Shown here in pieces: positions 47,796-61,745 of a stretch of DNA of 64,000 nucleotides; within the stretch, counting starts at the first letter, position 1, and every line of letters begins with the position of its first letter. The translations under genes were made by a program, and so were the position numbers. Origin of the DNA: Macrostomum lignano (Eukaryota). The stretch lies in the NCBI GenBank assembly GCA_002269645.1, contig NIVC01002331.1:1-64000 (forward strand), given 5' to 3'. The notes beneath the pieces were generated by a model. That model saw nothing but the letters and a program-made list of their open reading frames with translations. It ran no database searches and was not told where the DNA came from.

Positions 47796-49714
47796 ATTGA
47801 GACAATATTATTATTGATTTTATCTGCAACAACGATATGGCTTTCTGCTGCGGCGATGCGTGGATGGATACAAATTATAGGACAGCTGCGGCTTCTGCAA
47901 ACTTTTTCTACGCCTACGATCTCGCCCTGCTGTCCACGACCGCTAAAAGGGCGCCTAGACAGCTGAGCAGCCTGTTTGCACCGTTGCGCCTGCATGGATA
48001 TTTTTTGTATTCCATTCGCGCATTGCCAGCAGGGCACGCATGCACCGTGTGTTGCAGAAACGTGACCGAATCACTAACTCTGTCTATTCAGCTGGGCAAA
48101 CGAAACCAGCTATATATGCAAGCTATATACTATATACATATATCTGCATGTATTGTGCAAACCTTGTGGAAATAAATAATCCATTTTTTCTCGTTTAACA
48201 ATTTCTAAGGCATATCATATAGTTGAAACTACATTATAACATTATCGATATTGTGTTAGTATGTGATTATCGAGCGGGGAAAATAAACACTGCATAATAT
48301 TATACATGTACATATACTCTTAGCTCGGTTACGTCATATCATTGCGGCAGGTGTTGCATCTACTATACCCACATGCAGTTTACGGTAAAATGCAGTTGTG
48401 TATTTTTTAAATCTTAATTGAATCTTTATTTGCATGCATGCATACAATACCTTTCATGGGTATTGTAATTTTTGGGTAAAAAAGCGAGTCAAAAAGGGGG
48501 CAGGATCCAATACATGTGGACAAGCCGTTTATTAACTGAACTCAATTTTGAGCTTTTAAGATTCTGCTTCTTCCTCTTCCTGTTTCTTTCTTTAAGGTCC
48601 ACTTATAATAGCATCGTGCGATTGTGTATATGTAAAGACTGTATGCAAATACTACTGAAATACTGTATACGGCTAGGGGCAGGAGACAAACAATTTATGC
48701 GAAATTTATTGAATGCGAATTTTATAAATTATTTACAAATGTCATTGTTTCATGCGGAGCTTCATTTTTACTAGAAAATTCCTCTTTCTTCAAATCCTGA
48801 AGTTGGACTTTCAAAATAACTGTTTAAGGTGCCTTAAAATTTAATGATTAAATTGACGTCGCTGGAAACAGGCAAAGGGTAATAATTATCAGAACTGATA
48901 AGAATATTAGTAGTAGAATAGTAGTAGTAGAATAATAAAAATATGAAATAAATGTAATAATCTAGGACAACTAAAGTAACGTATATTGAGTAGTCCTTGG
49001 TAATAATATTAATATTATTATTTATAAATGTAAGTTAGCGAACAGAATGTTATTTGTTAATTACTTCTGTATTTTATACTACTTCAAGCATTTTCTCACG
49101 GATTCGTTGAACATTAACGTATACATTATAACAAAGAGCAGCAAATCAATCTTTGATCGTGCAGTGTATTTACAAAAGATACTACACAAAAACGTAGAAG
49201 CATGTTATATTTTAGTTTAGTAAATAGATTACTAAAGATTTTTGCTAAAATTACAATCATTTATTTCTAACCAAGCTACACTTTTGATACGGTTTCCGAT
49301 TTACATTTTATGATGTTAGAACATTACATTGAGTGGGCGCATGACCAAGATGGCCACATACCAAGATGGCCACAGCTCTGAATGGCTGCTTGGATAGGAA
49401 TAGGTCTATATATTTCCTCATTTCCTATTGGCTGTGATTGGGGTGGGGTATGTCTAGCTTCAAGTCTCGGAGAAAACAGATTTTGTTAGTGAAATTAGAT
49501 TAGTAAAACAAAAAACACTTCCCTTTACAGCAGGTATTACTACCTACTAAAGCTAGTAGCACTACTAGCACAAGACATTTGATTTTTGTATCATGGATAA
49601 TAGTTTCTAACCTATCTCAATATACCAAAACTGACGTATTGTTTGTATATGTTAAAAGTTAAAGGTAGAGGGTAAAGGTATTAGTTATGATAGAAGTAAG
49701 CAAAAATTGGAGTG

Positions 49715-50321
49715 CCCTCTTGTCTCTCATCTTTTCTTTTATCTCTGCACTCTTGTCTCTTATCTTTTCTCTCTCATCTATGCCCTTTAGTCTCTAATCT
49801 TCTCTCTCTCATCTCTGCCCTCTCCTATATCATCTTTCTCTCTCTCATCTCTGCCCTCTCCTCTCATCTTTTTTCTCTTATCTCTGCCCTCTCCTCTCAT
49901 CTGTTCTCTCTCTCATCTCTTCCCTCTTGTCTTCTATCTTTTCTCTCTCTCATCTTTGCCCTCTCCTCTCTCCTTTTCTCACCTCTATCCTCTCCTCTCT
50001 CTTCACCTCTTTCTTCTCATCTCCCTTTTCCTCTTCATTTTCTTCTCCCTTCTCTCCTCTCTCCTCTCTATTAATCTCCTTTCTCCTCTCTCTCCGCTCA
50101 TATTTAATCTCTCCTCTCATCAACTCTCTTCTCCTTTATTCCTTTGCCTCTCCTTTATCCTATGCTCGTATTTCTCTTCTCTATTCTTTACCCTCTCTCT
50201 TCACCTCTGGCCCGCACTGTCATCAGGACTCCTTGCTTCGCTTAGGGGCCCAACGAAGCGGACCCAGAAGGGCAGTCGTGAGCTGGGTTCTCAATTGAGG
50301 TAAAAAGTTTGCCAACCCCTG
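49715..50321 (+). mobile_element. hAT MITE copy (right end intact) with ~500-bp TC tract
   Basis: tctggcccgca...gaggtaaaaagtttgccaacccctg matches the 5499 element's right end; the left terminus was not found. Confidence 0.7.
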
Positions 50322-51219
50322 CACAAAAAGCGCCTGGCTTAGTCACATTAGATAAAAACTATAGTGGAATGGGGTTGACAACAACGTGAACTAATGTATG
50401 TCCACATACCCGATTGAGGTTGACGGCACCTATACAACCAAGCAGTAATGGGGACAGAGAAAGAAGAAAGGAATAAGGCTCTTCAGGAAGGGAGCAAGCA
50501 ATGCGCAAACCTCTACTGCCCACTGGCCACTGTACATTCTTTATTCTTATATCTACATTGATCTCTAGGGTGTGGATAGCAATGGTGCCCTCTTGCTCTA
50601 GCTTGTAACCTTAGCTCCCAAGATAGAAATTGTTGGCAATTTGATGGCAGTGTCGCTCCTGGGTAGCACCTTTCTAACTGGCACTTGTGCCATTATAGAT
50701 AGGACCAAGAAAGTTTATTTATTAGGAGTTAGTCTCCCATTCGACCCCCGCTGAGTGGCAGAATGGTAGTCAGCCTGTGATTGCTTAATCTTCTCCCAAT
50801 TAACATATTGAAAGTTTGCTTGTGTTGCCCCATTGGATATTGCTTTTCGCTTATTTATGTACACTTTCCATTATATTCTATCTATGTTGTGACTCCATGC
50901 TCACGTGGTAGCAAAGTTTAAATATTTAGGATTTGAGCTCGAAAATTAGGCCCGTACAGTATTTGTTTATTCCCTATAAGTCAATATTATCTTGGAAACC
51001 AGAAAAAATTTCTATGGGTCTGCTCCACAGGAGGTCCTGCCCTGCTGTTTAAAATTTTGTAGGAACAATGGAAGTCTGGGACTGTTAAAATTAGCACATT
51101 TCAGTTTGATTTCTTATGTTTGTTTGCACCTCGTAGGTCAGTGAAAAATTCTCTCTATTCTCTCTCCTCTATCGTCTCGACCCTCTCTTATTATTATTTT
51201 TCTATCTTATCTCCTCTTT

Positions 51220-52299
51220 CAGTCACCCAGTACACTCAACAGTCACATAGTACACTCAACAGTCACCCAGTACACTCAACAGTCACCCAGTACACTCAAC
51301 AGTCCCCCAGTACACTCAACAGTCACATAGTACACTCAACAGTCACCCAGTACACTCAACAGTCACCCAGTACACTCAACAGTGACACAGTACACTCAAC
51401 AGTCACATAGTACACTCAACAGTCACCCAGTACACTCAACAGTCACCCAGTACACTCAACAGTCACATAGTACACTCAACAGTCACCCAGTACACTCAAC
51501 AGTCACATAGTACACTCAACAGTCACCCAGTACACTCAACAGTCACATAGTACACTCAACAGTCACCCAGTACACTCAACAGTCACCCAGTACACTCAAC
51601 AGTCACATAGTACACTCAACAGTCACATAGTACACTCAACAGTCACCCAGTACACTCAACAGTCACCCAGTACACTCAACAGTCACCCAGTACACTCAAC
51701 AGTGACACAGTACACTCAACAGTCACATAGTACACTCAACAGTCACCCAGTACACTCAACAGTGACACAGTACACTCAAAAGTCACCCAGTACACTCAAC
51801 AGTCACCCAGTACACTCAACAGTCACCCAGTACACTCAACAGTCACCCAGTACACTCAACAGTCACCCAGTACACTCAACAGTCACATAGTACACTCAAC
51901 AGTCACATAGTACACTCAACAGTCACCCAGTACACTCAACAGTCACCCAGTACACTCAACAGTCACATAGTACACTCAACAGTCACCCAGTACACTCAAC
52001 AGTCACCCAGTACACTCAACAGTCACATAGTACACTCAACAGTCACATAGTACACTCAACAGTCACCCAGTACACTCAACAGTCACCCAGTACACTCAAC
52101 AGTCACCCAGTACACTCAACAGTGACACAGTACACTCAACAGTCACATAGTACACTCAACAGTCACCCAGTACACTCAACAGTGACACAGTACACTCAAC
52201 AGTCACCCAGTACACTCAACAGTCACCCAGTACACTCAACAGTCACCCAGTACACTCAACAGTCACCCAGTACACTCAACAGTCACCCAGTACACTCAA
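51220..52299. repeat. 20-bp minisatellite, ~54 copies
   Basis: Unit agtcacccagtacactcaac, with cacatag and gacacag variants. Confidence 0.97.
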
Positions 52300-52444
52300 T
52301 ATACATACTGCAGCCCCATCTGCCCGGAACAAAGTGAAGCTGTTTTTTACAATAAAAATGCCTAATTTACACTTTTACCTGCCTTCTGGCATTGGCTTCT
52401 TGTTTCATTTCTTTGCCTTTCTTTTCAACTGAGCACAGTTTGTG

Positions 52445-53190
52445 TCACGCTGCAGTTAGCACACGGGATGTTAGTGAAGCAGTGCTAATCACACTGCAGT
52501 TAGCACACGGGATGTTAGTGAGGCAGTGCTAATCACACTGCAGTTAGCACACGGGATGTTAGTGAAGCAGTGCTAATCACACTGCAGTTAGCACACGGGA
52601 TGTTAGTGAGGCAGTGCTAATCACACTGCAGTTAGCACACGGATGTTAGTGAGGCAGTGCTAATCACACTGCAGCTAGCACACGGGATGTTAGTGAGGCA
52701 GTGCTAATCAGACTGCAGCTAGCACACGGGATGTTAGTGAGGCAGTGCTAATCACACTGCAGTTAGCACACGGGATGTTAGTGAAGCAGTGCTAATCACA
52801 CTGCAGTTAGCACACGGGATGTTAGTGAGGCAGTGCTAATCACACTGCAGTTAGCACACGGATGTTAGTGAGGCAGTGCTAATCACACTGCAGTTAGCAC
52901 ACGGGATGTTAGTGAGGCAGTGCTAATCACACTGCAGTTAGCACACGGGATGTTAGTGAGGGAGTGCTAATCAGACTGCAGTTAGCACGCGGGATGTTAG
53001 TGAGGCAGTGCTAATCACACTGCAGTTAGCACACGGGATGTTAGTGAGGCAGTGCTAATCACACTGCAGTTAGCACACGGGATGTTAGTGAAGCAGTGCT
53101 AATCAGACTGCAGTTAGCACACGGATGTTAGTGAAGCAGTGCTAATCAGACTGCAGTTAGCACACGGGATGTTAGTGAAGCAGTGCTAAT
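52445..53190. repeat. 44-bp minisatellite, 17 copies
   Basis: Same unit as 43284-44164 with a lower copy number. Confidence 0.97.
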
Positions 53191-54520
53191 CAGACTAGGT
53201 TTATCGCAGTCAACTTGGCTCGAATATTATTCATAATCTTTTCTGTCATTTGGTAGCTCAGACGTACCTACTAAAAGTGCGACTCTGTGTATCTATGCAA
53301 TACTCTAAGGCATGTAAGTCCTTAGAATTTTTTAGAATTTCTGTCGTGGATTTCAGGTAGTTACCTGAAAATTCTGTTTGTCTGTCTGAATTGCATTTTG
53401 ATAAAAAATGCATAAATAAAGGTTATCTTTCTGCAGCACAGTACTGTATGCATAGGAATTATAAGGTAGACAGAACTGCAAGCTCACAGAGAATGTGTAA
53501 TAAACTAAAATGTTTTAGAAAAGTAGAAGTAGAACTTTTGTTAAACTTAGTTATCGTTAGTTGTGCGCTATTGTTAGAGTTTTCTAGTCTCAGAAAATGA
53601 ACCGCTCAAAAAGAAGCAAAAAAGAAGGCAATAGAAAAGTCCAAAACAAGAATTGCTTGAATTATCGCCCTGCCTTGCAACTGGCGGTTTTACACACCTA
53701 CAGCTGCAATGATATCAAACTGGTAGGCACATATCTGTATGACAGTCAACCCTTCAATTTTGGAGGGGACACGAACATTTGTATCCTAATTAGGATGGCA
53801 GCTCAACATCTCATACGAGTACAAGACACAAGGGGTTGTAGCCTAGTGCTCCGAGCATCGGACTCAAGACTGAAAGGTTGGTGCTTCGATTCACGACCCA
53901 CCCGAAACAATTTTCGCATCTTTTGTAAGCTGGCTAATAGCTGTACACGTTTACTTGAGTCAGCTAGCTTAGTTTAGACAATTTCATTGCTAAAATCTTC
54001 TACCTTTCTGACTATAACGACGACTTCAAACGACTTGATTAACTTCAAGTCTGACATGGTGACAATTGAATACCGACTTCTGTAGCCAATTTCCAAGGTC
54101 TGCTGCTGCAGTTAACTGAATATTCGCTGTATTTAAGCAAAGTTAATTGAATTATGCTGGCTCTCAGCCTTTGACAAAAGTCTAGCTGGCTTGAATGTCC
54201 AATCCGAGGGCTGCTTGCTGGTCTATGAGTCGAGAGTTTCTCAGTTAGAAATCTGCGTGTTGACGTCCATGGCCCTACCTGTTTTTGTTTATCAAATATC
54301 TGCTTTTGACCAAGGACCACTAGAAGTTACCGATGTATCATCAGGACATTTAACGAGGTTTTGCCTTCAAAACAGACTTCATAGTCGTCTGTTGGAAATA
54401 AACTGATCCATTTAGTTATAAGCTGTTCCTGAGTGTCCCTGATAACAACGGTATCTCCTAGTGGTCCTGGCTTTTAGCTTTGGAGGCCAACAGGCCTGAT
54501 CAAATCCTGCTGCCACGCCG

Positions 54521-55917
54521 TCAGGCCCAGCTGGCGAGGTCGCTGCTGATTCTCTTCCGCCAGGCCGCCATCTCGGCTCCGCTGTCGTAGGGCAGATCAA
54601 CCGTGGCGTCGAAGTGAGGCAGCAGGACGCACTGTTTGCGCAACGGGTTACTATAGAAACCAACGCAGCCGAAGCGCCATTTGCAGGCGAGAGCGCAGGC
54701 CGCCTCGGTGATCTCGCCGTAGGCGCTGACGTCGATCGTCTCGCTGCAGCCCGGCCCGGTCTGCGAGTAGCCTACAATGTCCGCTTGCTCGAATTCGCCA
54801 TTGTGCAGCGGCACGCAGCCTGCACCTCCGGTGCCGCCGATGCAGCTGCCAGCCGGGTGCTCGCAGTGGTAGCGCGCGTCCTTCCAGCAGGGGACATCGT
54901 GCAACCGGTTGGACTCGTTTATGTGCAGCACGCAGTTCTGCACGCCTCCCTGATTGCCGGGCTCTCCGGAGGCCCACCAAGCGGAGCTGGTCAGGTTCAT
55001 CTCCCGCAAACCCGGCATCACCTGCGAACATCGGATTTAGAAAATAAAATTTTCACTTATATATCAGGATCTTGGAGCTATCATCTCTCAGCAAGGTTAA
55101 ACAGTTACTTGTTGAACGGAGGCTTCGGGCTTACCAAGTGAAGCCTCTTTGTTGGCTTTGCGACCAAAGTTCACTTGCAAATGATGCAGCAATGATACAT
55201 ACATGTACAACATGCAGTAATATGTACAACATACATGGCAATGCATACAACATACAACTGATAACTAACTGAATACATCTGCCCTAGTGGCCAGATGTGC
55301 AACCGACAGCTCAGCCGCAGCTATTGCGCGGCGCATCTGAAGGCTGCGTACGGCTGTTCAGTCCAAGGACTGGGGGGTCGCCACACACCCTCAATTACCC
55401 CAGCTAATTCTGGCACCCATTTTACAGCTGGGTGAGCTGCAGCAATGCAGAGTTAAGTGTCTTGCTCAAGGACACAGATTGTTCCAGTGGGGTCGGTAAT
55501 CGAAGCCTCGACTCCTATTTTTACATGTAGATAAATACAACATACAACAATATGTACAAAATACACGGCAATGCAACAAACAATCCGCATCACCTGCCAA
55601 CCATCGCGACTTCGATTCCGTTCGCGCAGCGCGTCAGTGACGCCCAGGAGAATCCAGCCGCTGGTGAACTGGGGCCTGGCTCGGGCGTAGGTGTTCGGCG
55701 TGAGCAGCCGGTGGCCCAGACGGGCGCAGACGTCCAGAGCGTCGCAGAATTTCAATGTACCGTTGGACACCGGGCTGAGGCAGGTCGGGGGACCGGCGCT
55801 GTCATTCAGTAAGGAGTAACCGGGACTACAGGCGGCATTAGCCGCCGTCTGCTGCGGGAGACACGACAGCAGAAGCAGCAGACACGGGGCCGCGATGGCA
55901 GACACTTTGCACAGCAT
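54521..55917 (-). CDS. Secreted C-type lectin + PAN/apple domain protein, 274 aa (copy B); exons 55917-55594 and 55021-54521
   Basis: Same structure as copy A with an intact frame. It has a 6-bp in-frame deletion (RARPLPQF to RARPQF) and five amino-acid changes in exon 2. Confidence 0.88.
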
Positions 55918-58900
55918 TTTCTCGCCGGCAGTAAGCTTGTCTCGGTATTGGCAAAGCAAACCCTCAAACATTGAAGAGTAATGATGAATTTTCTCCGAAA
56001 GGCATTTATAAAGAAAGGATGGAGTAAAAATTCTCAGGCAAAGAAGCGTTTTCTCTGCGTCCCCCCCAGCCTCTTTTTGTTGGCTGTTTCTCAGAAATTG
56101 CAGCTGCTCTCTCCCCCTCCATAGCCGCCCCTAAGGGATTTTAGTGAAGCAATTGCGGTTGCTTAGCAACATTGCTGTAGCTCTGCCTCCGTTAGCATTA
56201 ATTAGTCAGGCAAACTGAACCAACCGTATAGGGACTGAGAAGGATTTGGGCTTGGTAAAATTAAAATAGGAAGGCAGTAGACTACAGGCAAAGACAATCA
56301 TGCAATCAAAGAAATTTCAATGCATTTAGATTTAAGACTTTATATAGTTGTTTTCCCATTTCGGAAATTTCATTAAATTTCTAAGTTCGAGGCTCTTGGT
56401 GGAGGACGCTTGCAGTTTGGCTTTACACGATGTGGTAACCATTACCGTACTTGTTGATTATCATCTTCGTGTATTTTATGAGGTCATTCAACTTGGTTCT
56501 CAGTTTCATGCTACCAGCAGTGATACTCCGAGTGCAGCTGCAGTGTCATCCAGTGAGGTATGCTGTTGACGTTCCTGTTTAGTTTTTAACGTTCTTCCTG
56601 CCGAAGCGATACGACCCCTGGTTCGATTCCCTTACGCTGCCACATTCATTTGTGGCAATTGTGCACGAAAATTGGCCATGGGAAGCTTGTCGTACGATTC
56701 ATACTCACGAGGGCCACGTCCCAAGGCACAGAGAGTGCACATGCTTGACATTTAGACAGTCAGGGCCGCTGTACACCCTGTGTGAGCGTGTGTGTGAGTG
56801 CGTGCTCAGGAGTCAGCGGAATGAGCAGAATTCCCTCAGCGCTGGTTATGGGACATTGTCGCCGAAGGCGTTCATCTATTGAGACAATATTATTATTGAT
56901 TTTATCTGCAACAACGATATGGCTTTCTGCTGCGGCGATGCGTGGATGGATACAAATTATAGGACAGCTGCGGCTTCTGCAAACTTTTTCTACGCCTACG
57001 ATCTCGCCCTGCTGTCCACGACCGCTAAAAGGGCGCCTAGACAGCTGAGCAGCCTGTTTGCACCGTTGCGCCTGGATATTTTTTGTATTCCATTCGCGCA
57101 TTGCCAGCAGGGCACGCACGCACCGTGTGTTGCAGAAACGTGACCGAATCACTAACTCTGTCTATTCAGCTGGGCAAACGAAACCAGCTATATATGCAAG
57201 CTATATACTATATACATATATCTGCATGTATTGTGCAAACCTTGTGGAAATAAATAATCCATTTTTTCTCGTTTAACAATTTCTAAGGCATATCATATAG
57301 TTGAAACTACATTATAACATTATCGATATTGTGTTAGTATGTGATTATCGAGCGGGGAAAATAAATACTGCAGAATATTATACATGTACATATACTCTTA
57401 GCTCGGTTACGTCATATCATTGCGGCAGGTGTTGCGTCTACTATACCCACATGCAGTTTACGGTAAAATGCAGTTGTGTATTTTTTAAATCTTAATTGAA
57501 TCTTTATTTGCATGCATGCATACAATATACCTTTCATGGGTATTGTAATTTTTGGGTAAAAAGCGAGTCAAAAACGGGGCAGGATCCAATACATGTGGAC
57601 AAGCCGTTTATTAACTGAACTCAATTTTGAGCTTTTAAGATTCTGCTTCTTCCTCTTCCTGTTTCTTTCTTTAAGGTCCACTTATAATAGCATCGTGCGA
57701 TTGTGTATATGTAAAGACTGTATGCAAATACTACTGAAATACTGTATACGGCTAGGGGCAGGAGACAAACAATTTATGCGAAATTTATTGAATGCGAATT
57801 TTATAAATTATTTACAAATGTCATTGTTTCATGCGGAGCTTCATTTTTACTAGAAAATTCCTCTTTCTTCAAATCCTGAAGTTGGACTTTCAAAATAACT
57901 GTTTAAGGTGCCTTAAAATTTAATGATTAAATTGACGTCGCTGGAAACAGGCAAAGGGTAATAATTATCAGAATTGATAAGAATATTAGTAGTAGAATAG
58001 TAGTAGTAGAATATTAAAAATATTAAATAAATGTAATAATCTAGGACAACTAAAGTATCGTATATTGAGTAGTCCTTGGTAATAATATTAATATTATTAT
58101 TTATAAATGTAAGTTAGCGAACAGAATGTTATTTTGTTAATTACTTCTGTATTTTATACTACTTCAAGCATTTTCTCACGGATTCGTTGAACATTAACGT
58201 ATACATTATAACAAAGAGCAGCAAATCAATCTTTGATCGTGCAGTGTATTTACAAAAGATACTACACAAAAACGTAGAAGCTTGTTATATTTTAGTTTAG
58301 TAAATAGATTTTTGCTAAAACTACATTCATTTATTTCTACCCAAGCTACACTTTTGATACGGTTTCCGATTTCCATTTTATGATGTTAGAACATTAAATT
58401 GAGTGCCTGCGCAATACAGGGCTAAATTTATAATAGACAGACCATGGGGGTCGCTGGTGGCGGGCAGGTATCTCAATTTAGATTGCCAAATACAGTGTTT
58501 GATCAATATGGGAGAAATTTATGCTAAAGCTTACTTATTCCTGGTGAAAGAACTCCATTTTTATTCATATTCGTACTTCATTCTGCAATCAGAAAACTAA
58601 AGCTTAAATCGGTCAAATTGCAACAAAATCTTATTAATTTCATAAAATACTATGGTTTAGAATCAAATAAGACGGAGAAGAGTTGTACAATAACCCAAAA
58701 GGCTTGTGTTTATTGTAAACTTTATTCCGAACTCGTCTGTACACTACAACTTTTGTACGTGCATCTGACTTTATCGCTTATAAAACTTAAATACAAAAAA
58801 GGTTTAGGCTTAGTTTTACAGTAGTTGAAACTAGTGTTTTACTTTTCGCTATATTTATAGATTGTATTCACTGAAAATAAAATGCATTTTAACCAAAAAT

Positions 58901-59927
58901 TTAGCAGTACAAAGTAGTAATTAGTTTTAGAAAGCATAAATTCACTCTAGCTTATGAATTAAAAAATGTGATTATTATGTAGTAACATGCATATTTAGGC
59001 GTTTGAAAATTTAATATTTTATTTCTACAGTATGGTATAAAGTATTTTACATTATCATTACATCGTTTGATAACACTTTGTAGGCCTAGCTCAGCTAAGT
59101 GGAATATAATTTGCATCCGATATAGCCTAGCAGAATTTATGACCAGACCCAGCAGTTTACGTACACATTATCTAAATAAGACCTAGCTTCTCCTTTGGAT
59201 AAGTTGGGTTGGAATTGTTAATAAAATATATTGTTTACATAATCTAGAAGTTAATTGTCTAGAAGTACAAAGTATATTGTCTAGAATTAAAAAGCTATCA
59301 CTTTCAGACATTTTTACTATGATTATTAATTTCCCTGCTTCACAACAAGCTAAATGGCTAACCTATACAAGTATAATAATAATGCTTATTGAAAGCAATT
59401 TTTAATTCCTGAATGCACTATTTGTTATGTGGGCCATGAAATTTCATAGCACAGTCTATGAAGAGACTCGCACTTATAAGCAAAAAGAATTTTAGGCTAC
59501 AAGTACATTTGAATAAATTGTAAGCTAAGAAGCTCCTTAAATCGCTGATAATAACTTGAAGTTTGTTTATTAACATGCACAACAATCAGTCAATTAAATT
59601 GCAGTTACATTGGATATTAATGAATTTATATATGGTTAGTTTCTAAGCTATCTGTGGATATTTCCGATGAAACTAACTTAGAATGTTGCTGATTGAGTAC
59701 GGTACTGACCCAATACTACTATAAGCCTAAGCCTACAAATCATTTCATGCCAGAGAAACTGTGGAGAAATGGCTGAGTGGCTCGCAGCCCGATGGCCAAT
59801 GGCTGCTCAGCAGTTGAGCATTCGCTCTCGAAAATGCGGCCTCGAGCTTTCTAAAGCAAATCCGAAGCCTCTCGCGTCCAAGCTTCTCTGCCATAAAATC
59901 AATCGAGTCCAGTTCAACTGATCAGCA

Positions 59928-61658
59928 ATGTCCGTCATCATTCCCGACGGCTTCACCCAGCTGCTGCAGGAGTTCACCGTGGCCGTCCTTCGCACCCGGC
60001 CTCCAAATTTGATCGAATTCGCTGCGGCGCATTTCAGACGGCTGGAGCAGCAGCAGCCCGGCACCGCGTCGAAGGTGCAGTTCCAGCCGGCCCAGGAGCA
60101 GCAGCGGCGGCGCCACTCCGAATCTGACGCCGAAGACGAAGAGGCCCAAAAAAACGAGGACGACTCGGAAGAGGTGAGCGACGCCGACGCATCCCCACCG
60201 CCGCCGCCTCGTTCGGCCGCTCGGGGCGCCGGAGGCCGCCGGGTCAGCGTAGCGGCGCCCTCCTTCGACCCGGAGCAGCACGAGGCCACCTACGAGCGTC
60301 GTGTTGTGCCTAAAAGCGACGAACAACGCCGACGCTTGATGGAGGCGATGCGGCACATCCTGCTGTTCCGCAGTCTGGAGAGGGCCGATCTTGGTCACGT
60401 GATCGATGCCATGGAGGAGCGCCTGGTGTCAGCTGGGACCTGCGTGATCGAGCAGGACCAGGAGGGCGACAATTTCTACGTTGTCGAAAAAGGCATCTTC
60501 GAGGCGTTCGTACGCGACAGAGCAACCGGCACCAGCCGCCACGTGCTGACCTACAAGAACGAGGGCTCGTTTGGCGAGCTGGCGCTGATGTATTACTGCC
60601 CAAGGGCCGCCACCATTGTGGCCAAGACTGACGGCGTGCTGTGGTCGCTGGACATGGAGACCTTCCAGCAGAAGGTGCTCATGGCGGCTTTCAAGCACCG
60701 CAAGAAGTACGAAGCCTTTCTAGCGGCCGTGCCGCTGCTGGACGAGATGACGCAGTACGAACGGCAAAATGTGGCGGATGCGCTGAGGTACGTCCTGTCA
60801 GCTCTGCCCACTTCACACTAATCTACCCCACTTCACACTAATCTACCCCACTTCACACTAATCTACCCCACTTCATTCCAATCTACCCCACTTCACTCCA
60901 ATCTACCCCACTTCACACTAATCTACCCCACTTCACACTAATCTACCCCACTTCACACTAATCTACCCCACTTCACACTAATCTACCCCACTTCACACTA
61001 ATCTACCCCACTTCACACTAATCTACCCCCTTCACACTAATCTATCCCACTTCACACTAATCTACCCCACTTCATTCCAATCTACCCCACTTCATTCCAA
61101 GCTACCCCACTTCACACTAATATACCCACTTCACACTAATCTACCCCATTCACACTAATCTACCCCCTTCACACTAATCTATCCCACTTCACACTAATCT
61201 ACCCCACTTCATTCCAATCTACCCCACTTCATTCCAAGCTACCCCACTTCACTCCAATCTACCCCACTTCGCCTCGCAGGGAGCGCGAATTCTCGGATGG
61301 CGAGCCCATTATCCTGCAGGGCGACGTCGGCAACGAGATGTTCTTCATCGAGGACGGCAGTGTGCGGGTGATGCGCCGGCACAACGCCGCCGACAGCGGC
61401 CTGGAGACTCAGGTGAACCTGCTCGGCAAGGGTGCCTATTTCGGCGAGCTGGCGCTCATCACCAAGCAGCCGCGAGTCGCCAGCTGCTACGCCGTGGGCC
61501 CCACGCGGGTCTGCGTGCTGCACGTGTCCGACTTCGAGCGCCTGCTCGGCCCCTGCCTGACGGTCATGCGTCGCAACATTGACGCTTATAAGCGGCAGCT
61601 GGCCGAAATTTTTGGCGGCGATGAGGCGAGCGTACCGCTGCCCAGGGCCGATTGTTGA
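59928..61658 (+). CDS. PRKAR2: cAMP-dependent protein kinase type II regulatory subunit, 412 aa; exons 59928-60787 and 61280-61658
   Basis: RII D/D domain [29 protein letters not shown], inhibitor site RRVSV, and two CNB domains ([15 protein letters not shown]; [15 protein letters not shown]). The intron 60788-61279 (AG|gtacgt...ctcgcag|G) is phase 2 and in frame. Confidence 0.95.
60808..61270. repeat. 20-bp minisatellite filling the PKA-RII intron, ~23 copies
   Basis: Unit cccacttcacactaatctac. Confidence 0.97.
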
Positions 61659-61745
61659 GAAGCGGCAGTTGCTTAGCGACGGAGTTTTTACCTTGGATAC
61701 GTTGTGTTTAAATTTATAGTATGCTTTAATTTACGTATAAATTCT

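Larger units (their letters stand above)
43137..49335 (+). repeat. Segmental duplication, copy A (~6.2 kb)
   Basis: Colinear and nearly identical to 52298-58405 from aatatacatactgcagcccc to ...acattgagtg, with scattered substitutions and small indels. Confidence 0.95.
52298..58405 (+). repeat. Segmental duplication, copy B (~6.1 kb)
   Basis: Direct repeat of 43137-49335, separated from it by a ~3-kb non-duplicated spacer. Confidence 0.95.
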
